From NCBI GenBank assembly GCA_040285745.1, contig JAUFOR010000006.1, positions 620,001 to 684,000 on the forward strand: 64,000 nucleotides of DNA, written 5' to 3'. A model generated the notes under the pieces. That model searched no databases, was not told where the DNA came from, and saw only the letters and a list, made by a program, of their open reading frames with translations. How positions within the stretch are numbered: the stretch's first letter is position 1; each line of letters opens with the position of its first letter. This document shows positions 47,901-50,091 of the stretch, in pieces. The translations under genes were made by a program, and so were the position numbers. The DNA is from Barthelona sp. PCE (lineage: Eukaryota).

Positions 47901-49855
47901 CTCTCTTTAGTATTCGCGGTGTCTTGTCTCAGTCTTCTGCCAGCGGACAGCAGTCGTTCAACGATCTTGTTGTTTCTGGCTCACCGAACGAATACCGAAT
48001 CGATGTATCGACACCTGGACTGATCAGTGGCTCTGGCCTCGTCAACGTTAACCGTTGTCCGATCGGTGAAGGTCTTTATAGTGGAGAGTGTCGATTATGT
48101 CCAGAGGGTACCTATTCCGATGAACCCAGAGCCACGAGCTGCACCCAGTGCGCTCCTGGTTTCTGGACTGACGGAACAGGATCCCTCGACTGTCAGCCAT
48201 GTGTTGCCGGTAGCTACCGCAATGAAACCATGTTCGGTTGCCAACGCTGTGATGAGTCGTCGTTCAACTTTGTTCCCGCCTCTACCACTTGCGATGTGTG
48301 CCCTCTGAATCAGGTTTCTGACGAGTCACGTACTGCATGTCAGTGTTTCGGTGACACATTCCCCCTCACTGATACAGAGTGTATCCCGTGTCCAGATGGA
48401 ATGATGTGCTTCGGTGGCAACCAAACGTGCGTCCAACGTGGTTATTTCAAGGATTCCGACGGCACTGTCAAGCGCTGTCAGTCCGCTGGTTGTCCCGGCA
48501 CTTGCTCCAGTTTGCAGGCAAGTAGCAATGCAACCGAGCCTGAAGCGTTCTGCGACGACGGCTATTTGGGTGCAGATTGCTCGCTTTGCGAAGAGGATAG
48601 CATGAAGCTCGCACCATTGTGCGTGAAGTGTCTTCCTCCGTGGTTGACCATCGCACTGTACGCCCTGCTTCAACTACTTACTATCTCTACAATCGTCATG
48701 ATTGTTGCTGACGTCAAGATGAAGTTCCCATCCATCTCATCGTACATGCCGCTCATGATTTTCATGCAGATACTGGGTTCATTCCATCGAACCTCCCCAC
48801 AGCAACTGCCTGGCAGCTTGCACTGGGTCTTCATTGTATGCGATCTTATGTTCCTCGACCTGTCTCGAGGACATCTTCTGGGATGCGTGTGGCCGCCTGC
48901 CAAGACATTCGCCTTCAGGTATTACTACCACGCTGCACTTCCTATTATCGCTCTGATTGGCACACTTTTCAAGTTCAAGCGCCATGCTTCGAAGCTAGAA
49001 AAGGCCGATTTCCGCTCCTACCGCTGGGTCCAGACGTTTGTTGTGCTCGGCATGGCAATGTTTGCGCCCGTCTACCACGTGATCTTGGAGATCGGTGGCT
49101 GTAAGGAGCTAAGCGGGGAATGGGTGCTCGCAACTGACGTCACAGTCAGGTGTTTCACTTCAGAGTGGAAGTCGTTCCTCATCCCCAGTATTATCTTTGG
49201 TGTTGCTCTGCTTGTGATGGGTGTTATGATGGGTAGAGGACAGAAAGTTTCGACGCTTAACTCAGACGATATCACAAAAGCAGATAATTTGAAGCAAGCT
49301 GTTGCTTCAGCTCTCAATGCACCTTATAAGGCCACTGGCTTCGGAAACCAGATCATCATCTTCTTGTATGAGCTTTTCCTGGTCGGTGCTCTCTTCTTGT
49401 TGGTGAACCATCCTCTTACACAATCGTTAACTGCATTGTTTATTGCAGTTGTTGGTTTCATCATTCATCAAACGCGCATGCCATATAGCCCGCAAGACAG
49501 TAATCGTCTCGTTTCCATTTACCACATGTGTACAGTTGTTATCCTTTCATTCTGGGTGATCTGTGCCTTGGATCCTGAGTCGACATTGCAAGACGAGTCT
49601 TCGGGTCTCATTTCTTTAATCTTGCTCCTATTTGTAGCCGTTAACCTCATAATGGCTATAATTACCATTGTTCTATCTCTTTTGCATCGTAAAGTGTACA
49701 AGGTGGACAATAATAACAACATGTTCCGACCCAACCGTCTAATGAATCCTCTTGTAGCTGTTGCTAATACCACTCCTAGATCGTCAATTTCGAGTGTTAT
49801 GAACAATTTTGAAGATTTAAATGTTGACGATGACATGTTTTCCGATTTTGCGTAG
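20984..49855 (+). CDS. Giant (~9,623 aa) cell-surface protein: signal peptide, beta-solenoid repeats, Pmp-type beta-helix, Cys-rich repeats, ~9-TM C-terminal domain
   Basis: Uninterrupted 28.9-kb ORF. ATG 20984 gives the signal peptide MVPWRQKLVLILLFVHVAFSA. Other motifs: W..NANW....P...D.V.I cap, recurring W.GG motifs, CGTLDAPCRT, FxxNxA..GGA[I/V/W] x3, CPEGTYS/CAPGFWT/CVAGSY repeats, and multiple TM helices from ~48641. Confidence 0.95.
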   Translation: MVPWRQKLVLILLFVHVAFSANCGFIGDNEGSWEQNANWDCFKIPSAGDSVVITDKTVLVGANHDVASITLATAASALQFDVEVTVTASTFTWSGGSILGQGRLEVNAGMSFGSGGTRVLGIASYLIVNAGVVDVNNDVQINLSDYSLLSYASSTLFTIKPNVKLAVNDLSTDESLIGEVEFHGLFNISTDAIFENNVKFTGYGYAMIDAGTWDIRHTVNFFGELYIINHGEINNYVDSFLESSSKLLGEGAINAIGGTLYVSSSLFKLLGDSFVLNGGRVQFAEEGHIEYYAVKCYDGSLIFGSECAFEPFLHKLEMHSESCIIEFQSSPNFLLDTDVTEKTHFELWTTGGQLILPSGGIRSLLFDWLNVTRNVFTLSRTVQCTNVVLGDDSNVVASIETSYNGAMETENFFWYSGNVTGKSLVKTTGKLYIYNAFDRVIGYSTELRVVSGEMRVFIEPEEKLNVFMDSYSKFKTEKEGILNLDRSISFIEMDDVLNRPDFVHLGQLNITTSTVQLKVFSNIDGNVGIDVNGTLRFDSDSVSTGSVWFQDETATMLSANVSEVQWKKSSSFYGETGVITAYHESEMIIQSKHYDCLALLTSKSTLCVVRFESPAYVMRYNVGNCTDGYVAFDEGITFAYSKHNIVVDGCLLEYGDSILFESENPYTDPTVHMNMTVRSGRVEMKETASNLIFDELIVDSIFETGSYVTVMHCVFGESPPAGVTPKFIAAWGAMVNYYTLDWHAGSIEGYGRFFSLLALNIRSEAPKSIGFATGFEAQSGYIDVFNSTKVECADLGFWMFSSLSIFRIKTNVTFEIALNHSIEAVFETKFHGFINISEGGELVMSTRVEQYGTLLSYGGMTFNGPLNITEYIGWGDVYLVSNDSFINIAGTATFSRSMQFIGMGGLRTSGDGLCYVDSQLFKLFGPTYAIDDSNLYFTGVTYIEYIEINGCADNSLIVFESGALIAPFVLNITVTGGHVVFEDSVQLSREDTLYFHFNLFLDGPGFLKMNKVSSPVYFDKVVGIDGGIELETGGIVPIELCIWNGTASLLGSDLVEIYDLEWYMGVFGSITTLLHRGYVSPHAGTSFLTGCMVYPHSQFVVKSSAILEIESEGMFQLGINATLTIEGEIKFLGNASLLAVPESTFEIIDDGKMTVENGNFSYGWLLEDSFCCVKYNQDRSTLYSYYDESFLALVFDVPSIWNMCPSGTWDTCCMPYTSRASTWEDNIPYNGRAYYTLANDTHMGDDVVNASSCCMKLADNDVVVYPAWDSFAPELIGCRDYTSTPVYNQRTGCNKKYWYQYWDNDNDVWVWATKTLYNFGFCPAQETMMSSNANLVIGPDARVEALNHSAFHLLSFVNVFHEGVIHCDNTSVIASAMADLIWNGKFHIDGVFEITSPVTFNTTVHAYGTGEFINLSPGSDVLFKGNYELTDTMKLDRGKWVFSEESLVRDLTLLLLNNTEFELISNATGTHVIDTIEAFSSSMIFANLDVMLHKKFVTMDDVTLRYENIGDFAANTFHVSSCDIVFSQLRTSLVFDNLVLYTNSSIHFSGSNTFLFDQEEPQYITISVFDMYDNAVLQGDDDVYILESRLYGGEFSGESTVYFTSKAQLSLNSSIFLTGRRIARFEKNISVDACSESFIFDQHSKIVFTDKININSNTSFIRTSSYCDEDTYVRFQGNTYLNEGGCIHSDVSIFFDKDQKTYLRDNSIGMEIHCSGTFIDDFLFDELAGDIVLGTGVFLFTDSSRLMLDDDATSTIATVRSISSDSVATFLGEFNVLPTFTHRGGKFYFNQTLVNWNSILIESDVANTELILNGIRNISNPSSNDLTLDSLIARSSLLRMSGFEDINITFVELSESWEPAYFIIDDADTIFVEDFVFTGGFYGGATLLRTFNSTLWEKGGLFNGAKIRTSTPYVSVQGTGFKQLFDFASFEGDYNITLSTSNQTFEGSRGAEFIISEGKAVYIEESTYFTTIPGMILPTFGVNARNNKDVSIPLEYSVASSDPYPMLRVLGTLNISNTFVSDWFVEVAQPLYILPGIEVRIAGGIFSGYISLPNVDNGEEPSSLAFIGPTIIESGAQLNGTGSVITADADAYVRFGGAWNLGDKIEIFKGVFHFLPGSKFYFKNVTSHEGDIIFHEDPHIDSTQWMMDEVKVLGGNVIFDGMTKQLNIEMLLIEEGSVQFLNLDHPIILGGMKITGGRVDFGKLNQPLILKLLEVENATVSFNTSFPVTIHKFYTRGSANIISYDELVMTNDTLIAGGKLNGHNITFTESCVTAFTNGSTLHSMLADSTNVYVHGPLYFDHKTMLHAAPTARLFAYNNVTMFGELDLRTLSSNSASGNSVFEMGSLVVMEHFDSFVSSNPGDVIVGFADWFRSGYSGETVITTTIDLVFDSIWQINSHFRTDFKSIGNITDTASVIISDEEAVLGFSDSAQFDFFEGSSLVVDGTFYCVDNAKVTFAGYQRFTSNFIELNGCHVSFVGNVDFNIDDLRVTNGILEFNSVRAAQSFNFSTIAINGNMSVPQAAEIRYVSIPTDIIVQAFTCANGTFTVDDASSFTFEEDSVTLVDSTFELLNIATEFVQKTLIFNNSLTRMDKIYVNITHLIANSAFIRLYDFHTASIIEGIELFGEIIPPHTSYIMFNSTDELLTVNHIEHHGSELYTYNPTGTHILDYNWMGGSVAYSSEFHVDVLHITTDASRYLIDVNTFVVVDEYMEWTNGDFISDDGCGIKIASSAEVNITTSVRHSYFNDPYHRLPYQEKIHSIVRPFFQVDGVMNLDIGIGNVFYTRMSSIINGNLQLISGDLRIFANMHITGNVTFMCENKEDAKIIIEYGRITISETGLLYGPDIGYIEIGNQGELTSDGNVMVDHFEIISGILMLNAGNITIMNLVQNGGIVGFGSASYGYVEVADLSCGEFVLNGTNVYLNETHADSMGFFSYDQPVNRTHGRLYSLSSIFYGNLLRYDYVQVGVARFAIERLEIMLNMTFMDMVDGNAYFVMDKDSVLFLQGDSHWYVSDPDVETTAFMISGNQIINNGSMFFHGSHRFVQKQRYDANYWKNEASNFTNLVDGIVLVDSDSSFNYGFYFDGNFHNYGYVEVVNSKLVLNGTVEAFAYPNSVVRLSPKDDSCIAHLLLANSEFTFLVNSSYEGWGGLLASTVKTDIFHFKGRYNAQPHLVWNSIGQLYFYDESTFDFENITLTAGILKFFDTCENSTFFHIEELHVDGGSLIFENGTCDILVDLYEHTDGLWSLSGFDHSMNITHWIDRGGETVLHDIIELNLFLFESPSSRPETTIENVDRLILHNFKPKFGDVFFNDINDVMIWNNSYDGSSKTIFDNIGTVNISNNNPTGGVMEFHNIHVSFSASEMFEQSAGSLYLYDFDFSMVFDSIYIRDTGSLFFFTGHTVTVDNIYVDDGRIGGSDDLVIEWNLYWYGGTLGIESGDIGHWTVTNHTYIEHDKSHTLERIVITTGTGITSRDNYHMSGYHSELVVNSDKLFHIHDSPLYVANASSSDVPKLTVNGDVVADNGGYFGFQLMLKPGSTWTTTNGNQIFGCGGGVIEGTISLPENSVFKLTQYQDQISPRVCYNHFTFTGSSIVEPSTLIETLVDNQCEVDFYGLLLGDTIRSVSNSKVKFFPNARHEIMYSYMDYGQITFDRTIYNITGTEAPLNWTIHSYCTGRGTNVLHFNDMISNVSIPQDFEYTCGCRYRFEDFDEADLIMPDMAIISGAHFEFFEPWRQPLVFDELLLGHSCSIVDFSTGHDIVVNNYEMRYGNHYGWDQLIVNTVEWTGVSLREGHIDVLDSLEFVGTSNKYIGANAGIESFNYTLVDAPSTMTFGHDGYIKTHNKTDVTENMKLSGSGTFFLKDDVDIDTTWEMHSYVDVAEDTLVTVQPPNDLYLGVCDVRGNISMPGDQFLFLVRSPSTNEQHSFGPTSVLEGQHSNIYVNYGLNVVFNGMWLFEPKISLTQYATLKFQYPAVMNITELYASIGSIILEDVQSLNGTLDLESALTKGTGHIFFDKFNDTLKLQTLTIDGGITEFKDIEDLSYFDELVIKGGYLIFATGQDVTFRSLRIEGGFRSGGDRVIVDEFYWSSGGFVGVKDSSNPVETVVNGRAIIESNSGKYMAWESRLDIYGDLEMSGSDYIHSCQKTNYIRYYGNNATITGGHKFRNYKGYCSLYGSAPTYYIDRFNKQPIRCGYSGGVCTWYAKAYCYNYGSAGASYVNFLNYGNATYENGYFTHEESGFAFVGNNTAKNFAFTTRTGYNFANDSYLELHNGSVLTSYYGNTVVHHTASIVEVLDDSVEGLILPPPRITFAQSYSHPSCSQCRCFQLPTWDVYGKLVLSEGLYIPFGSIRFHANSTLLADIITVNGLSRIACTGRCGTQSTSHYNGRIYIDPVEPQLTVRKLTLHGNDNSQGIVYFNQDREGIFEEIHMDGGAIGGKDNVTVTEKLTWESGSFFDGVTVRSENVLQFVGPSKKYINGQTTVITEKETVFSGTGTLMLIDGATFQNNGDLSIESSTVIESGGSVRSSFLNNGTFTVREPTEEFFVKAMFDSIENSTVQLLAGDTYVLEGGSFRGNISIPNNQTRLFIGKSDYHSPFASEPVWLFTEESTYEMYGQMIVQERGHVQFKGSVYSNTTMISENGILTFHDNCTVLKLDDLIVRGSSGEINYFDVNGTVWLDSVYQYDGSVNFLTGDICHINTLWIEDGLRGGSDTVYIHDLLHWEGGGFNYNSTTVVKTHANVLKSASSRLFDNATLINEGVLYFPVASASKETVKEANLRAGNGARLINTFNATMKVHHDIRMDLIDFTDEAEFINNGVLEAKTRHFYSKLACKNHQEIYIDGDFRCLRGGYSNHTIFIEPEGKFGVANEFFIEHGSSLLGSKGLIHLNDDSAAAKLDPEPPGILHVHGMFNMTDISVYDVGQILIYSDADISNSTTILLSGSNITIDTREFPVAFNKITLKDGYFFACTSHLVYIKEMTISGGFRGCSDEIIIEDAFYWERGGLMDNGTTSSQTLTKILNTSPFIMLLPPFIRPSLNLQLLDNSTFINRGLCETIFKANLRGDPNTTIVNEGDWVTIKPMKFAMPWDTTLVDVTNEAEDYAYFVDHYELGIYDDKATFINRGQLYGQEDDPSADDYLVGLDFQADWRFVLEDGNFTLNFPKFVTELNYGYRGSEGGIHMTEDTELVISSDFVFEQNSTFTGYNTVIRVNNGSTLVLGGYYCVTGPKSIFIGSGRLIFTSTTQFCEGAILPLCGINITIDSVLPVNIYGLSLDCGSCRLGPGLLHLKQFKFMNGCLAENGTTKIEENMDVMTEADHLLLDDHMLINDGKSKIHPGSVLSGVNATLHNTEDSTVSVCGGAMITDIPDSNHTLLIHNDGWVAKDCGSKDDLASVATDFYQTSTGTFYIDLGYFTLDGKNVTLFGDLYIAQEGIYPVDVDRTVDGTGTFTIECGGLVPIAANATLTVSRMLFNYSSSCSYDIDSGAMLFSDDARVMYFDNVIDGAAMIYEDIHCDYVTLGEVTLKNGGVLNVSTDCDVVVDDLIIDDGIRYGTSTVTTNEVNWKEGGFSGAGKTVFNDGIIYSNNDHIADNGTNLWIGNSLTYMSGDLDFSGGSILNVTHGATFIFPPLAAERTIKGDAASYMYNYGSIEKNGTGDVSVAAAFSNYQSIHVMEGRFIIDSDTVSLNFGNITIEEDCEVHLSSCRLKDQSVFDGAGDLYVTGEVVVEQGANFELTGCIYIMEGGTLIFQSLTREEINICGIYEDGELVMESSEITQVTVDFVDKGAITGTMSDYSLYVGTFNNATFTNDNGVLANLTIDEIFADSEIEISVSTLNAIFFPDVRNSTLSFLGCTSVFNELNLNDVDFSIVTGPRAEFVDTVYVFENNSNIEIVSQVYLNETEFIISENTNVSVSSRMEGVFSRIELLSNSGLFLPDYTVKEFVFNTGRLDDNTKLYVEHIMFVNDSLKDFGENVNVTVYDSIEWFDGEIFGENENTFMYCTDTCVLDITAVDDVMSVPFNMSNYDRPLLITDNVTNVKGAGNVTIQWRWNINGDVHVDTGKYLILDGPTVVDNSDIYIGADGLLDLKSNFTLQQNCSIDADGNVAVTDPDSWVSLNGTFSVRQTFWVDDGLTDLRYCQIPEMHLDWTDGIILFREAWGRDIYIPLIYDDFVEFVEENEFNSITVGEMVHYNLDLGPCFFNWSVIHKISGGDTNLYPNGTILSMKFLDIEGGNVTFHPDFTADIPVMEVNGGEVTFMEGTNVTIDSFNATSNGTIRIEQYSVNDDFLERVHAIDESVIDITADINRFIIELITEDNATVVNPNTYNTFSEWDWIGGGLGDGTNAIVEGDMTISSCDPHSIHTGAVLNITKLTNAVVLGCDGCGSCGGIIMHPDSAIYVNSEGLITFEDSPQGIGVWKLEEGSSNLPIFQIEENAALIVKDTAPGVEFDVPLVIDNGGEFNITGGGWVTISDPADIAGDLYICDTCTLEINSTMTVTGKIYGNGTVLIRDDGYLDIVNVCEAGLEYIVDEGLMRVNRDAMCSGIDAEMAHNGTLIFDGTVDGVTDLHIHDEGKVQVTNTAVLTQLKNVLVESGERNTTYLHLQGGIDVTLHPDSVMTVDTGLIHLDTDANVKGNCPSFVIDDGEVLLEENAFANSPEHRIICDVTVNGGLLNVSTGSIEEIKRLTINDGVVGKGTSIIHVSTALDWTNGLVDIDTVALAGSVNSFTTSGIKAIGSDVNVQLSGVTTVSAGTVFFNNRSTILVDGDMVVDGQSVFEPETFGDEGETLITVTGALTTMCAGQQVDFHVNITAEDNGDVTINNCIAVSDANVLFDDLSTLSIVNSGRLYIENTFKQEIDARISGSDNLIVNHTDAIAYIHGEVDMTGSVIVQGGMARFYGGYDAVDVSVVADGVDSHIEFLDAVTHNIDITVDNMGTVDFISNLVDSINSIQVVNGSVTFRNNVDVTLNGNVVVNHGTLAISEVSKLTMSTPTFVQNNGTVHMDNIEASSSIDSYVLALGDLIIDSEVSVVDFHLDCTSGVGGTRNGTGDLIVTNDFLWECGVLEGASVITIMDNGTIMGEGLKVLHNEMQLVNNKTLYFAEDTLIQGDEADLINNDYMIIDDGSHLLHTNVTIDRNVITNNGYVDVNTSRAVIIQWVFEDFNSSDFCNVIFGTDVTFSSDMEIPAGCRVESTANMVSLSNTTIIGAGSLVSSGESATAIISGSINMTGTIEAVGGAEMTFDDTSIVGLNIVSDASTILIDKDVDLVEMTLDISTGSNVTVSTGNGGHITSVGVSNSKVEFTSDSEISLRSSSINVVDSSVVFDGDLNDEGSVIELQSGNVTFTSTVDVNDLIIGEFKCLGGEIFIEVDGLNVESFVLDGCDRRGLGLLQASNMTLISGRMLDAGISHANDTLWLPNPTVTLTDSHTLENRQSAAFCDGDLTLSNDAKIINKVSGTFELMNGVISTPHTTAGTKPYFVNEGTLLKNDSLTFTLDIHLDNNGVIDVAEGAVMIGDNVTLSNEGTLNVADRVGVVPTGTLEQRQNLNITEGGHVDVQGSFLSKPASLSVGAGQLTFDHPEAYGFIEGRIENMTCIEHNDGELIFDSPTCSVPDLCVISYALLNISECAVTYSNITVHEGNTNLLADAVIPEFHTLFVDDGLFTAFKDTDITLTGTVDVEGQGTVLFDSDSDVKGTTKTNVSMSSSDAALIVEPLKSAPLMIHSLLLNNGNLTLRSNVKSYNANLTSGIVDGTSVLETDKMILDETKLTESVTTRVLDDGHIRGNAVVDENHEIVFVNAGLGDHDFDLLDSAKLTILDGGSVTFGNTTISSVPTAKIDVHGQVRLDGSFLTDANFTMYPDAVMRVSNSGNNITGEFNALCRSYITVEADAQLHLFNQSVVCGDVDISGILSSEAGVHEFKDSLDTSGDGIFLINNGSVTNKADSIALNTVSEGGEFLQTPNANTINWLVDGSTGFIIANGSTTAMATNTTGAHLTFEKNAVVQSVIGSIGGDCDVLPDSDVNAVDVTFVEDGKTVVADGAKFKCDGCSLTLNDQGNVKINNAGGSSTLTNIVYVGNNGSSLIESDQVSFDSIIMNEGMLGLSMIDTSPAEINAVTMNDGALVGTDAVFTTATFYGGNFGFDNATIVDDINMLSEGNFTFMEDSVTNIAFPLIVDSTADFRMDANSIINIDGNITGEGDWSCTDVSADQSAAWTADSLLVKSGDSQLCGTLTLSVCNVSALGGAMVFDELITDCDIHLDGGAVGSKRPFQLNKNAVIGPSGTFIGQIDAHGVILPRDKITFIGNLTMQPTTLFDVRLSNITEFDALNVTEHAHFDGRFHLRFSLESEFDRSAEFVFVPYGNHSGAFNNFTGNCIYNFGMKFTEEHFKLVVGRSIVDDLPTNVFLWQHGHDTICCGTLDAPCRTYNYALSRSIPYDTLVFANGTYSGEDHLPMRVTLEHPVNLVHEDDGEAIIDCEYGPHHAISHHGIYESSVVVRDISIKNCYEPLHVSHSMVDLQDIAIENSWGDEFGAILIKGSLVTAKGLRIDNSTANDFGSILVQAGSNVTLDDIVISNVSSVAGHGSALAVYNSLLSANSMNVTDNECASKYDRLIEMFASNINFTQTHVSEVCGGVMLAEDSTVGLDKTRVSSVSNSHIGGVLDASNSVIFVNDMTASDITGYSNCFVHIEESEASFENVNVSELHCSEQAVAYVRDSDVDLNSMTINPFDRILDSAPIVANMSQIAVNSLNVSDIVVQDGAGVLELYSSEITVDGSRINNITSTLGAIYAHKSPVEITDSNISGSSTNGVGAAVHTVDTPSVVISNSTFEDNEALVGGAIAVQGNASIHDNAFRRNRAEIAGGAVAFVDPNTPFNESNPSVDDLFMSHEDDISDNSIADNQFSSNTAGDIGGAWFSNLKQVPTNADADSNSYYANEADSYGADAATDPRKLRVSVDEPFDEQSETEPKKHVHVVVVDGFNTSVVDSTLRRLSLAPSSALFSIRGVLSQSSASGQQSFNDLVVSGSPNEYRIDVSTPGLISGSGLVNVNRCPIGEGLYSGECRLCPEGTYSDEPRATSCTQCAPGFWTDGTGSLDCQPCVAGSYRNETMFGCQRCDESSFNFVPASTTCDVCPLNQVSDESRTACQCFGDTFPLTDTECIPCPDGMMCFGGNQTCVQRGYFKDSDGTVKRCQSAGCPGTCSSLQASSNATEPEAFCDDGYLGADCSLCEEDSMKLAPLCVKCLPPWLTIALYALLQLLTISTIVMIVADVKMKFPSISSYMPLMIFMQILGSFHRTSPQQLPGSLHWVFIVCDLMFLDLSRGHLLGCVWPPAKTFAFRYYYHAALPIIALIGTLFKFKRHASKLEKADFRSYRWVQTFVVLGMAMFAPVYHVILEIGGCKELSGEWVLATDVTVRCFTSEWKSFLIPSIIFGVALLVMGVMMGRGQKVSTLNSDDITKADNLKQAVASALNAPYKATGFGNQIIIFLYELFLVGALFLLVNHPLTQSLTALFIAVVGFIIHQTRMPYSPQDSNRLVSIYHMCTVVILSFWVICALDPESTLQDESSGLISLILLLFVAVNLIMAIITIVLSLLHRKVYKVDNNNNMFRPNRLMNPLVAVANTTPRSSISSVMNNFEDLNVDDDMFSDFA

Positions 49856-50091
49856 GTTTAGAAGCTTTGTTTTTCATTTATTTTTGTGATTCCAAAACCT
49901 ACTATGTTGTGTTATTCTTATTCAATCATCTTATTAATAAAATTATTGTGAAAATTCGTGTTTGAAACTTTCATCTAAGGCAACTAAAGTTATTGAATGG
50001 TCAAGAAAAACGTTTCAAAAATTTCGAAACTTTGATCTACGTTTTCACTTTCTCATCCTTTTCATCTTTATTTCGTTTTTATATTGCCTCA

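Noticed and set aside
20984-49855. Bacterial contamination or a true autotransporter/Pmp gene
   Set aside because: No C-terminal beta-barrel. It has eukaryote-type Cys-rich repeats and alpha-helical TMs, and it is flanked closely by TAF5-like and SCC3 genes.
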